From: a virus
Lineage: Duplodnaviria > Caudoviricetes
DNA: 27,881 nt
Direction: 5' to 3' (one strand)
IMG/VR virus record: IMGVR_UViG_3300032272_000054
Span: 1 to 27,881 of that record
Numbering within the stretch: position 1 is the stretch's first letter; each line of letters opens with the position of its first letter. The notes under the pieces are model-generated. The model worked only from the letters and a program-made list of their open reading frames with translations, was not told the origin of the DNA and made no database searches. Below are positions 1 through 7,183 of the stretch, one piece after another. Position numbers and translations under genes: made by a program.

Positions 1-98
1 GGTGTGTCGGGGTGGTTGTTCGCTGGCATCGCGTGAGACGCCCATATTTGCGCCCTAACGTCATTTTGGGACAATTGAGGGGTGGAATAGGGGTAGGC

Positions 99-136
99 TC
101 CGGATTCGCCTAGAATCGATTCTAGGCGAATCCGGA
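99..136. repeat. Perfect 38-bp palindrome TCCGGATTCGCCTAGAATC|GATTCTAGGCGAATCCGGA; an 11-bp tandem duplication (TCCGGAAAATA x2) overlaps it at 131-152
   Basis: Read directly; the sequence equals its own reverse complement, centred at 117/118. Confidence 0.95.
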
Positions 137-153
137 AAATATCCGGAAAATAT

Positions 154-181
154 TTGACTCGCGCCGAATTCGGGGTAGTCT
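154..181 (+). promoter_or_regulatory. Sigma70-like promoter TTGACT-N16-TAGTCT
   Basis: Hexamers at 154-159 and 176-181, upstream of a chain of small + strand ORFs; same 16-bp spacing as five other promoters. Confidence 0.55.
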
Positions 182-237
182 TTAGGTAGTCAAGGAATGA
201 CGACAACGACACAACAACAACGACAAGCGAGACAACT

Positions 238-327
238 ATGACATTCCTCACATACTTTATGATCGGCATAATCGTTGCGGCATACGTTCAAACTGTAGTT
301 TTGGCACCCCGAACACGCTGCTATTGA
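238..327 (+). CDS. Small hydrophobic peptide, 29 aa (MTFLTYFMIGIIVAAYVQTVVLAPRTRCY)
   Basis: Hand-translated; one TM-like segment; below the ORF-track cutoff. Confidence 0.45.
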   Translation: MTFLTYFMIGIIVAAYVQTVVLAPRTRCY

Positions 328-339
328 GGATTATAACAA

Positions 340-486
340 ATGTCGGGATTCATCGTGCGTGAAACGGTTGTAGCGAATAAAGAGCTGGTAATCGAATTGT
401 ACGGTCATGACGTTTATGACGCCTGCCTAACGGCTAGTCCGGATATGACGTTTCTAGGGCTTCTGATGGAATTGGGGAAAATATGA
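340..486 (+). CDS. Hypothetical protein, 48 aa (MSGFIVRETVVANKELVIELYG...)
   Basis: GAGGA RBS; ATGA overlap with the next ORF. Confidence 0.6.
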   Translation: MSGFIVRETVVANKELVIELYGHDVYDACLTASPDMTFLGLLMELGKI

Positions 487-638
487 TCTTTCTAATCGTG
501 GCGATTGTGACGTTTGTAGTGGCACTCAATTTGGCACCCCTCGATTGTGGGGGTATTACGGATCGTGGGGAGATGGCGCGATTGTCGCGGAAAATCCAGA
601 ATTCACCATCGTATCGACCTTGCGGGTTGGGGCGATAA
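483..638 (+). CDS. Small protein with hydrophobic N-terminus, 51 aa (MIFLIVAIVTFVVALNLAP...)
   Basis: Translationally coupled on both sides (ATGA at 483-486, TAATG at 636-640). Confidence 0.55.
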   Translation: MIFLIVAIVTFVVALNLAPLDCGGITDRGEMARLSRKIQNSPSYRPCGLGR

Positions 639-811
639 TGAGGAAACCAGTGATACGTTCCGATGGTGCCGAATTTGACAGCATTGCCGCTTGTGCGGAT
701 GTGCATGGTATTTCTGATCGCCACATGCGTAGGATCATTGCCAGTGGTGGCGATTATCGGGGTTGGACCTTTGAAGTGGAGCAAAGGTCAAAACCACCCG
801 AATCGTCGTAA
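638..811 (+). CDS. Stand-alone NUMOD1/IENR1-like HTH DNA-binding protein, 57 aa
   Basis: RKPVIRSDGAEFDSIAACADVHGISDRHMRRII...YRGWTFE fits the NUMOD1 pattern (F-x-S-I-x-x-x-A...G...Y-x-G-x-x-F); TAATG coupling. Confidence 0.6.
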   Translation: MRKPVIRSDGAEFDSIAACADVHGISDRHMRRIIASGGDYRGWTFEVEQRSKPPESS

Positions 812-1150
812 ACCCTATAACCGTCACGAGTTGCAGCGAGTCGGGTGGTGCCGATTTTGACCTATGGAGGGATATTTTGACCTGTTCTGGAGCCATAAGT
901 TGTTTGAGTCAGTGGGGTTACGACGAAAATGACGATTTTGCAGCTCCCAGTGAAAACGCAACTGAGTATATAAAAACTGTTTATTACTTTTATTACTATA
1001 TTTCCATCACGTCTAATAATAGTAGTCAAATAGTCAAATATAGTAATGTCAATAGCTCCTAACTTCCTGATGTCAAAGACTTTACCGATTTTGACCTCTG
1101 GAGGGATTATGCCGGATATAGGTCAAAATCAGCTCCCGATGTCAAAATCG
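785..1150. repeat. Iteron-like array: 23-bp direct repeat CCGATTTTGACCT(A/C)TGGAGGGAT at 851-873 and 1085-1107, multiple TTTGAC/GTCAAA cores, AT-rich core ~960-1055
   Basis: Read directly; extra cores at 786-793, 875-882, 1025-1038, 1121-1128, 1141-1147. Confidence 0.8.
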
Positions 1151-1192
1151 TCACTATCATTACAAAGTGAAATGAAAGCTCATTTTCTACAA

Positions 1193-1632
1193 CCACCCCG
1201 ATTCGTAAGATTCGTACAAGCCGTAAGTCCAGTAATACCAGGAGGATACGCAAAGTGAGTACAACCGGTACCGCCAGCACAACCAGCACAACCATCATGA
1301 CTGTGCGGATACGACCACCCCCATTCAGGTACCCCTCTAGAGAGGGGTGTGGCACCGGGGGCGCACGAGGTACCCCCTCTAGAGAGGGGTGTGTAATCAA
1401 ATTGACTACAATCATCACATTAGTAATCATTGATACAATCGATACAAATAGTGTAGTCAATATGATCACACCCACCACCCCGATTCATGTAATCGATACA
1501 ATCGGTACTCATGATACTCCGATTCGGTGTGGTTGTACTGATTGATCTGATTATCATGGTTGATCTGATTCTCGTGGTCGATCTGATCGTGTCGGTGAAT
1601 CGGGTGGGTCTGATTGAACCGGTAATACCCGA
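1193..1632. repeat. Degenerate 9-nt-periodic tract, AC-rich then GT-rich, containing two copies of AGGTACCCC(C)TCTAGAGAGGGGTGTG (1327-1351, 1368-1393)
   Basis: Units such as ACAACCAGC, ATCGATACA and TCTGATTGA recur at 9-nt intervals. Confidence 0.75.
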
Positions 1633-1727
1633 AAGGGGGATAATGCAGGCCAGCGCTGTCTACTCACAAATTGTGGTGAAATTTTGGAAGCATGTCGCGT
1701 CACTGATTCCCCTCCTCAACTATTACA

Positions 1728-1755
1728 AGTATACCACACCGATTCAGGAAGTCAA
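1728..1755 (-). promoter_or_regulatory. Sigma70-like promoter TTGACT-N16-TATACT pointing into the repeat region
   Basis: Plus-strand AGTCAA 1750-1755 and AGTATA 1728-1733. Confidence 0.7.
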
Positions 1756-1780
1756 GTGATTTCCACACCGATTCGAGTTA

Positions 1781-2062
1781 TCACACTGGTCTCCAAGTGG
1801 CGTTCGTCTTACCAGTGATTCGTGACTTTCGAGACGGCCCTTTCTCAACCAGACCTTCCTTACGTAGATCATTCAGACGTTTACGAAGCTGACCATCTGA
1901 GTACCCGTGCCGTGCCTCCAGTTCATTAGCTGTGAGGTTGGGCGTACTTTGAAGAAGCTGTAACGTCAACTCCATCATTCGCCTTCGCGACCCATCATTG
2001 GTAATTTCCGCCGCAGCTTGATGCGACTCAACCGGGTCAGTGTTTCTTGCAATGTCAGTCAT
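1781..2062 (-). CDS. Winged-HTH DNA-binding protein
   Basis: ARNTDPVESHQAA N-terminal motif typical of phage HTH proteins; LTANEL...QLRKRLNDLRKEGLV wHTH; wing with W. Confidence 0.8.
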   Translation of the reverse strand: MTDIARNTDPVESHQAAAEITNDGSRRRMMELTLQLLQSTPNLTANELEARHGYSDGQLRKRLNDLRKEGLVEKGPSRKSRITGKTNATWRPV

Positions 2063-2364
2063 ACCGTTGCCTTACATGTAGCACAGTGATATTCCATCCC
2101 ATCCACAGTTTCCATGCCCACCGTGTTGAGGTGAGGGCATTCCTCGCGTAGCTTTTCTTCCTCCTCTCTCAATTCTTTGAACTGCCGGTCCAAGGTGCCT
2201 CGAACGAGGGCGATGTTGGACAGCTTCTTCTCGATCAGGTGTTCCTGGTTGAGCGACTCGGTGAGGTGGTGAGCGATCTTAGCGATGCCAATAGCATTGA
2301 TGCCCAGACCCTCCTCCTGACATATACGCCGCATCAAGTTAACAATTGCAGTTTCGTTTATCAT
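2059..2364 (-). CDS. Hypothetical protein, coiled coil plus C-terminal Zn-ribbon (CPH...CATC)
   Basis: AAGGAGA RBS; ATGA overlap with the downstream gene. Confidence 0.75.
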   Translation of the reverse strand: MINETAIVNLMRRICQEEGLGINAIGIAKIAHHLTESLNQEHLIEKKLSNIALVRGTLDRQFKELREEEEKLREECPHLNTVGMETVDGMEYHCATCKATV

Positions 2365-2383
2365 CGTGTTCTCCTTTATTTAA

Positions 2384-2411
2384 AGTATATCACACCGAAC
2401 CTCCAAGTCAA
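2384..2411 (-). promoter_or_regulatory. Sigma70-like promoter TTGACT-N16-TATACT
   Basis: Plus-strand AGTCAA 2406-2411, AGTATA 2384-2389; AT-rich upstream; directly before an RBS and gene. Confidence 0.8.
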
Positions 2412-2428
2412 ATAATATTTTTCTGAAA

Positions 2429-2893
2429 TTATGGGTTACCTGCCGCGTCTCCGCCTCCCTGGAGGCGGAAGGTTGGGTTTTTAATATCACAGTGCCCCAT
2501 GATGAAGTCATTCTTGTAGACGATAAAAGACTTGACCACAGTCACTCGCTTATTCACCTTAATAGGGGCGAATGTAAAGTTAAGAACTGCCTTACGTGGG
2601 ACACCCCGACGTGGGACACCCCGACGTGGGGCACCACGTCGCCGGTCACGAATCCCGGTTGCTCCGAACTCGATGTCAGATTTTTCTTTTGAAAAGAATG
2701 TACCTTCGTTTGTCTCGATCCAAATCGCAAAATCCTCAAAGACAGGGTCTGTGAGCACATCCACCACTATTGCTGATCTCTCCGACATCTCAGGGTATCG
2801 GAGATTGAGAAGAGGCTTAGGAACCCTATCCAACGGTTTCCTGTTAACAGAGAGGGCTGGACGGTGGAACAGGCGTTTTAGTATACTCATCAT
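2429..2893 (-). CDS. Hypothetical protein with an internal RRG(A/V)P tandem repeat
   Basis: ORF track; co-oriented with neighbours and overlaps the upstream stop. Confidence 0.65.
   Translation of the reverse strand: MMSILKRLFHRPALSVNRKPLDRVPKPLLNLRYPEMSERSAIVVDVLTDPVFEDFAIWIETNEGTFFSKEKSDIEFGATGIRDRRRGAPRRGVPRRGVPRKAVLNFTFAPIKVNKRVTVVKSFIVYKNDFIMGHCDIKNPTFRLQGGGDAAGNP
2594..2638. repeat. 15-bp tandem repeat ACGTGGGACACCCCG x3 (third copy degenerate)
   Basis: Read directly; in-frame within the 2429-2893 ORF. Confidence 0.9.
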
Positions 2894-3066
2894 CGTGACC
2901 TTGTCATTTTGGTTAAAATTTCATCCACAGTTTCTGTGACACTTAGTACCCCCTCCTCAGGGAGATAAAGATTCGTGCCACCATTTTGTTTTGAGAAGTA
3001 CTCAACCCGATCCATGTTAACTACTGCTGTACTTCCGTCATATTGCGTCGTAAGTTTGAGAAACAT
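2890..3066 (-). CDS. FlbD/SwrD-like small beta protein, 58 aa (MFLKLTTQYDGSTAVVNMDRVEYFSKQNGGTNLYLPEEGVLSVTETVDEILTKMTRSR)
   Basis: Hand-translated, missing from the ORF track; pattern MxKLT...VNxDxI/V...T.I/L...VxE(S/T)VxEI matches the FlbD family. Confidence 0.65.
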   Translation of the reverse strand: MFLKLTTQYDGSTAVVNMDRVEYFSKQNGGTNLYLPEEGVLSVTETVDEILTKMTRSR

Positions 3067-3075
3067 TAGTCTAAT

Positions 3076-3294
3076 CTAGTCATCTCCTATAATGTTAACG
3101 TCTTTGCAATCAAATTGTGGGATCATGGGACCAATGAAAATCCACCGTCCCACAAATCGTGTAACCTCATTGTTCCGGCTATCAAAGAACCAATTCCCAC
3201 TGACAAACCCAATCACGGGTTGCGGATACTCTTTATCAACGTACCAATAGTAACCCGACTCCTTGGGAATGTGTCCATAGAAGTTGTTGTTCAT
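3076..3294 (-). CDS. Hypothetical protein (PKESGYYWY motif)
   Basis: GGAG RBS; P-x-x-x-G-Y-Y-W pattern common in small phage proteins. Confidence 0.7.
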   Translation of the reverse strand: MNNNFYGHIPKESGYYWYVDKEYPQPVIGFVSGNWFFDSRNNEVTRFVGRWIFIGPMIPQFDCKDVNIIGDD

Positions 3295-3827
3295 TGCATA
3301 ACACCAAAGTGGTCGGGACGCAGTTTCTCGCGAGCCAACTGCAACATTACAGCGGCATCATACAGTGCCTCATGTGGATTCCCAGCAAACGGAATCTCAA
3401 TCTCTGGTGTCTTGGGGATACCTTCGTGCGTAGCCCACATGGAACCAACGTCGAGGATACGGTGTCCGAACATTCTCTTATCCCAAGTGTGCAAACGTTC
3501 AAGGAACCGTAGATCGAAGTTCGCAAAGTTCTTACCCATGATCGTGTACTTCTCAGAGTTGTGTAGCCGTAAGAAGTTCATCAACTGTGCGACCGCATTT
3601 GCTGGGTTTGGATACGCAGTCGGATCATCTGCCAGCAACTTAAGGATGCGTTGATTTAGATTCAGAGCATAAGGCTCGCCCGTAATCAAACCGGGATTAC
3701 AGATCTTGTGGAACTGTGGCTGTTGCATAATCGAGCCATTGGTTTTCCAGACGATGGCACCGATCTCTAGGATCTGACAAGTCTCTGGATCAAGTCCCGT
3801 CGTTTCAATGTCAATACTTACGTACAT
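3291..3827 (-). CDS. DEDDh 3'-5' exonuclease (DnaQ/oligoribonuclease-like)
   Basis: ExoI SIDIETTGLD, ExoII GKNFANFDLRFL, ExoIII HEALYDA. Confidence 0.92.
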   Translation of the reverse strand: MYVSIDIETTGLDPETCQILEIGAIVWKTNGSIMQQPQFHKICNPGLITGEPYALNLNQRILKLLADDPTAYPNPANAVAQLMNFLRLHNSEKYTIMGKNFANFDLRFLERLHTWDKRMFGHRILDVGSMWATHEGIPKTPEIEIPFAGNPHEALYDAAVMLQLAREKLRPDHFGVMQ

Positions 3828-4225
3828 CTCTTATCTCCAAGAATTTGTTTCAACATGTTCCGCCACCGGGCTTCAGAGAAGGGGTGAAGAGGTTTTCCAA
3901 TCTCACCTGTCATGTGATACTTAGTAGCCTCACTACGGCAGTGTTCTAACTGGTAATTGAGGAAATGGATGTTCGTCCGGAACGCTTCACGACGTGTCCA
4001 CACTGCACCCCTCGCGCCACTGTTCCACCAGGGTCTTAAGTCGAAGTCTACAGCAACACCACCCAAGTACTCGCGACAGCCTTTACTTTCACACATAATG
4101 CATGTCATCAAGGCTTCACCGAACCTCCGTGCGGGACTCCCACACGAACACGGGTCAACGCCGTCACGCATACACTCATCACACATTAGCTTTTCAGATG
4201 TACCGCCGTGTTTAATGCATTTCAT
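3818..4225 (-). CDS. Cys-rich hypothetical protein (Lar-like Zn motifs: PCSCG...CESKGC...WN)
   Basis: Start moved to the ATG at 4225, behind a GGAGG RBS. Confidence 0.65.
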   Translation of the reverse strand: MKCIKHGGTSEKLMCDECMRDGVDPCSCGSPARRFGEALMTCIMCESKGCREYLGGVAVDFDLRPWWNSGARGAVWTRREAFRTNIHFLNYQLEHCRSEATKYHMTGEIGKPLHPFSEARWRNMLKQILGDKRCT

Positions 4226-4316
4226 CTTCGCCTCCAAAGAGCAAGTCGTGTGCCCGTTCGGCATCCGTCTTCGCGGGGAACCAATGCCTCAAGAGTCGCA
4301 GGAGTAATTCAATCAT
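4212..4316 (-). CDS. Small peptide, 34 aa (MIELLLRLLRHWFPAK...)
   Basis: Hand-translated; GGAGG RBS. Confidence 0.45.
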   Translation of the reverse strand: MIELLLRLLRHWFPAKTDAERAHDLLFGGEDEMH

Positions 4317-4341
4317 CACCCCCCTCCAAAGTCTACTTCAG

Positions 4342-4440
4342 CTAACATAACAACCCCCTCAGAATCACAATGGCAGCGGCACCGTACCACACCGCAAGGA
4401 AAATTACAACCGGTACAATCAACAGTGTCGTTTTCTTCAT
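4342..4440 (-). CDS. Small membrane peptide, 32 aa (MKKTTLLIVPVVIFLAVWYGAAAIVILRGLLC)
   Basis: AAGGAG RBS immediately 3' of the tRNA. Confidence 0.55.
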   Translation of the reverse strand: MKKTTLLIVPVVIFLAVWYGAAAIVILRGLLC

Positions 4441-4455
4441 CTCTTTCTCCTTTAG

Positions 4456-4528
4456 CTCCCCAGGAAGGACTCGAACCTTCAACCGTCGCATTAACAGTGC
4501 GAAGCTCTACCAATTGAGCTACCAGGGA
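4456..4528 (-). tRNA. tRNA-Asn (GTT), CCA not encoded
   Basis: TCCCTGG acceptor, D arm GCTC-AATTGGTA-GAGC, anticodon arm TCGCA-CTGTTAA-TGCGA, T arm GAAGG-TTCGAGT-CCTTC, G discriminator. Confidence 0.95.
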
Positions 4529-4569
4529 GTGAGCCCTTATTCGAACTCGGGTATATCCACGGGAAAAAA

Positions 4570-4653
4570 TTAATCATCACTATCTGCACCGAGTATGCAA
4601 ATTATAATAATGATGATTCCACAAATGATTCGTACAATGTCGTCGTAGGTCAT
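4570..4653 (-). CDS. Small membrane peptide, 27 aa (MTYDDIVRIICGIIIIIICILGADSDD)
   Basis: ATGA-coupled to the upstream gene. Confidence 0.45.
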   Translation of the reverse strand: MTYDDIVRIICGIIIIIICILGADSDD

Positions 4654-4835
4654 GCTTCTAGGTACACTGTCTTGGCGTCAGCCCGGAACTCCTCAGCCGG
4701 TAACACGTACTCAATGTCTTTCGAGTCACCTTCGAGCCACGTCCCGGCTGAGGTTTGATAACCCTCTCCTGGAATCTTGACTCTGGCGTCGGGCGGGCAC
4801 TGTTGTAGGATTTCAATTAGTTCAGAGACGTTCAT
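4650..4835 (-). CDS. Hypothetical protein (MNVSELIEILQQCPPDARV, a common phage N-terminal motif)
   Basis: ORF track; coupled overlaps. Confidence 0.8.
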   Translation of the reverse strand: MNVSELIEILQQCPPDARVKIPGEGYQTSAGTWLEGDSKDIEYVLPAEEFRADAKTVYLEA

Positions 4836-5089
4836 ATCATCAATTGCCTTTTTGCGTTTAAGTAAGCCTCTTGAAGAGACTGCCCCGTACCCTTGACGGA
4901 GTAGTTAACTTGTCGTAGTTGCACTGTCCAGGGAAACGCCTGATAACGTTCGTAGCTGATTTGTGTATCACCATCAAAGCACTGAAACAGAGAAGGTGTC
5001 CACTTGAGCGTTTCATAACACCCGTCACAGAGACGAGTGCCTTCCATATTAGTATCGTTTGAACAGATATCACATTGCATGTCTAACAA
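4832..5089 (-). CDS. Hypothetical protein, CxxC...CxxC plus C-terminal GxSxxEA motif
   Basis: ORF track; start could be 5080. Confidence 0.7.
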   Translation of the reverse strand: MLDMQCDICSNDTNMEGTRLCDGCYETLKWTPSLFQCFDGDTQISYERYQAFPWTVQLRQVNYSVKGTGQSLQEAYLNAKRQLMI

Positions 5090-5375
5090 TATCCTTCGCT
5101 GTATTCAAAACAGCGGCTAAATCACCGATTTTAGATTCAATCTCATCGACAACCTCAGACGGTGTTAGCAGTTCGTGGACATCGTCGTAACAACAGCCCC
5201 TGGGACACTTCTGTGAATAACTCAAGAACATGTACTTCCCTGGTCCGCACCACGACCCCTTTTGCACATCGGCACTTGAAAATACCCTACCGTACTCCCC
5301 ATACCGCTGTATGTCATCGAATTCCGCCTCATCCTTAATCCTGAACCATTTTCCCTGAGTCAATTGCGGTCGCAT
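5070..5375 (-). CDS. Hypothetical protein
   Basis: AAGGAG RBS; ORF track. Confidence 0.7.
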   Translation of the reverse strand: MRPQLTQGKWFRIKDEAEFDDIQRYGEYGRVFSSADVQKGSWCGPGKYMFLSYSQKCPRGCCYDDVHELLTPSEVVDEIESKIGDLAAVLNTAKDIVRHAM

Positions 5376-5556
5376 CTGGCCACTCTCCTTTACATTCTGG
5401 TGTTCGTTTTCTCAGGGAAGATTTCTCTTTCTCAGTGATTGCTGTGATCTCAAAGAATCCTTCGCCCCACGGGTTAGTTGCGTATGTTTTACCGTCTTTG
5501 ATCGTTACTTCGAACGTACCAACCCCCGTATCATACCAATAATCCCCATCTTGCAT
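5335..5556 (-). CDS. Hypothetical protein (DGDYWY motif)
   Basis: GGAG RBS; ORF track. Confidence 0.65.
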   Translation of the reverse strand: MQDGDYWYDTGVGTFEVTIKDGKTYATNPWGEGFFEITAITEKEKSSLRKRTPECKGEWPDATAIDSGKMVQD

Positions 5557-5590
5557 AGTGCATCTCCAGCGCGTCTGTTGTAATTTTCAA

Positions 5591-5854
5591 CTAGAAGGTA
5601 ATCCTTTTAATGTACCCCCGAAAACCAGTGTACTCGTGATCACCCTTGATAGCAGTCTTTGCCCCATCTTGAAACAGTTTGATTCGGGTTTTCCATAACC
5701 GCATAGCATCCTTTTCACTTAACCCCCACACCCGATCAGCCAAAAACCCACGCCCTCTATAAATCTGGTAATGCATTTTCCAATACTTACGATTGTTATC
5801 GGTGCGTGGACTCCAGCCAGGGATCATACTGACTGTGTACTTCTCTGTCACCAT
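5591..5854 (-). CDS. Hypothetical basic protein (start uncertain)
   Basis: Track ORF trimmed to avoid overlap with the 5877 gene. Confidence 0.5.
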   Translation of the reverse strand: MVTEKYTVSMIPGWSPRTDNNRKYWKMHYQIYRGRGFLADRVWGLSEKDAMRLWKTRIKLFQDGAKTAIKGDHEYTGFRGYIKRITF

Positions 5855-5876
5855 ACTATAGGTGCAAGAGTAGCAG

Positions 5877-6023
5877 TTATAGTAGAGAGTCGATCTGGTC
5901 TGCGATTTGTCTGAGTTCTTCAGACGCAAGCTGGGAACTCGCGATAGGATAGAACCATTCTTCGGAGATGAAACCACACAGTTTTCCATGAATCCAGACT
6001 TCTTTTGCATCACGAATGTCCAT
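5877..6023 (-). CDS. Hypothetical protein, 48 aa
   Basis: AGGA RBS; first gene after the promoter at 6077-6104. Confidence 0.65.
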   Translation of the reverse strand: MDIRDAKEVWIHGKLCGFISEEWFYPIASSQLASEELRQIADQIDSLL

Positions 6024-6044
6024 TGTTGTTTTCCTAAAAGTATC

Positions 6045-6066
6045 GGGGCGGGCTCTCACCCGCCCC
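6045..6066 (-). promoter_or_regulatory. GC-rich 8-bp hairpin at the predicted 5' end of the transcript
   Basis: GGGGCGGG-ctctca-CCCGCCCC just downstream of the -10 box. Confidence 0.55.
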
Positions 6067-6076
6067 AACTATCTCA

Positions 6077-6104
6077 AGTATACACCACACAGCGGTGTTG
6101 TCAA
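6077..6104 (-). promoter_or_regulatory. Sigma70-like promoter TTGACA-N16-TATACT
   Basis: Plus-strand TGTCAA 6099-6104, AGTATA 6077-6082. Confidence 0.8.
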
Positions 6105-6502
6105 CTTTTATCTTCCAAAACTACAGAAGTTTGTGAAGTATCTACTCGGTTGCCATTGGCATCGAGTAGTTCAGCAAACAAAAACACTGTGTCCATTTGG
6201 AACAGGCTACCCACTGCGTGGTCACCTTCATGGAACTCACCAACTCCTACTCGGTCACTCCCAAACGCTCTCCAACGGGTGCCATTATGGTACGAATACT
6301 TAACAGTTCCTTGGAAACCAGCGTAACCTTTAACCTCGATCACAATGTACATCGAGCCATCAGGAGTCATGTAATACTCCGCACGAGTGATGTTAATGTA
6401 ATCTGGTTTCATTGGTGCTGGCGGAGGAGGGAGCGGTGGTGCCCCTGCTTGGTTAACTTCTAGATCTGGGTCGACAAAATCACTGGGGTTGATTTCCGTC
6501 AT
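6101..6502 (-). CDS. Hypothetical protein with a poly-Pro linker and a beta-rich domain
   Basis: Start at ATG 6502 behind GGAG. Confidence 0.7.
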   Translation of the reverse strand: MTEINPSDFVDPDLEVNQAGAPPLPPPPAPMKPDYINITRAEYYMTPDGSMYIVIEVKGYAGFQGTVKYSYHNGTRWRAFGSDRVGVGEFHEGDHAVGSLFQMDTVFLFAELLDANGNRVDTSQTSVVLEDKS

Positions 6503-6752
6503 CTTCTTCTCCTGCAAGTTGGGGTAAAGTAACATCATCCTTGGTGACTGCGTTGAAGATTTTGTGACCGTAGAGGATAGCCTCATGGAGTCCAAACGTC
6601 AAATACATCGCAATTTCATCCTCAAGCTTCTTGGACGCTTCAGTGATCCTTTCTTGTAGGAGTTCACGTTCTTCCTTGGTCATTGACATAATACGAGTTC
6701 CCATGTTAATCCGAAAACTCGTTACGACCTTCCCGTACTGTTCCTTATCCAA
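6480..6752 (-). CDS. Hypothetical protein (start uncertain: TTG 6752 or ATG 6704)
   Basis: ORF track; GGAGG upstream of the TTG. Confidence 0.6.
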   Translation of the reverse strand: MDKEQYGKVVTSFRINMGTRIMSMTKEERELLQERITEASKKLEDEIAMYLTFGLHEAILYGHKIFNAVTKDDVTLPQLAGEEDDGNQPQ

Positions 6753-6906
6753 TTTCTCCCTCCAGGTCAAGGACGAGTTCTGCGAACCCATCTTTGACAG
6801 ACTTTACCACCCCGAGTCCATCAAACTCTGGAGTGTTCACACGGATTACACGCCCGATGAGGCGTTCTACTTTAGGGCAAGCTTGTACTTGCATATCAGT
6901 CTCCAT
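6745..6906 (-). CDS. Hypothetical small beta protein
   Basis: Track ORF trimmed to ATG 6906. Confidence 0.55.
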   Translation of the reverse strand: METDMQVQACPKVERLIGRVIRVNTPEFDGLGVVKSVKDGFAELVLDLEGEIG

Positions 6907-7183
6907 TATAAGAGTTAAGTGTAACGCTACCGTTTTCGAATTCCACATGTTCACCATCGTATGTCTCTTGAAGATGGAAGTTTCCAAGTTCCATTATCGC
7001 AGGGGCATAGTCTTTAAACTCTTCCACGTTAGTGATGCGACGAACACGACACTCGTCTCGCAGTTCGGGATTCATAGCCCCAAGAACATCTTGTACTGCA
7101 TCTCCGATTGGTCCCACGACGATCCACACATATTTCCATTCTTCCTCTTCCAGAATCTCAGCAGCATATGCACCCCAACTCAT
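6896..7183 (-). CDS. Hypothetical acidic protein
   Basis: GGAGG RBS; ATGA overlap. Confidence 0.75.
   Translation of the reverse strand: MSWGAYAAEILEEEEWKYVWIVVGPIGDAVQDVLGAMNPELRDECRVRRITNVEEFKDYAPAIMELGNFHLQETYDGEHVEFENGSVTLNSYNGD

Noticed and set aside
806-1250. IHF-like TAAG...TTAC spaced motifs (~807, 895, 1059, 1223)
   Set aside because: Each deviates from WATCAANNNNTTR by two or more positions; too degenerate to support.
1327-1393. Possible mini-CRISPR array from two ~25-bp palindromic repeats
   Set aside because: Only two copies, a 16-bp spacer and no cas genes.
877-1759. Track ORFs 877-1062, 1046-1258, 1107-1478, 1255-1545 and 1511-1759
   Set aside because: Low-complexity translations open on both strands, explained by the repeat and 9-nt periodic DNA; no convincing RBS or domain.
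4529-4560. Second tRNA suggested by GTTCGAAT on the minus strand
   Set aside because: No D arm, anticodon arm or acceptor stem can be formed.
4316-4573. Track ORFs overlapping the tRNA
   Set aside because: The tRNA cloverleaf and smaller RBS-led ORFs explain the region better.
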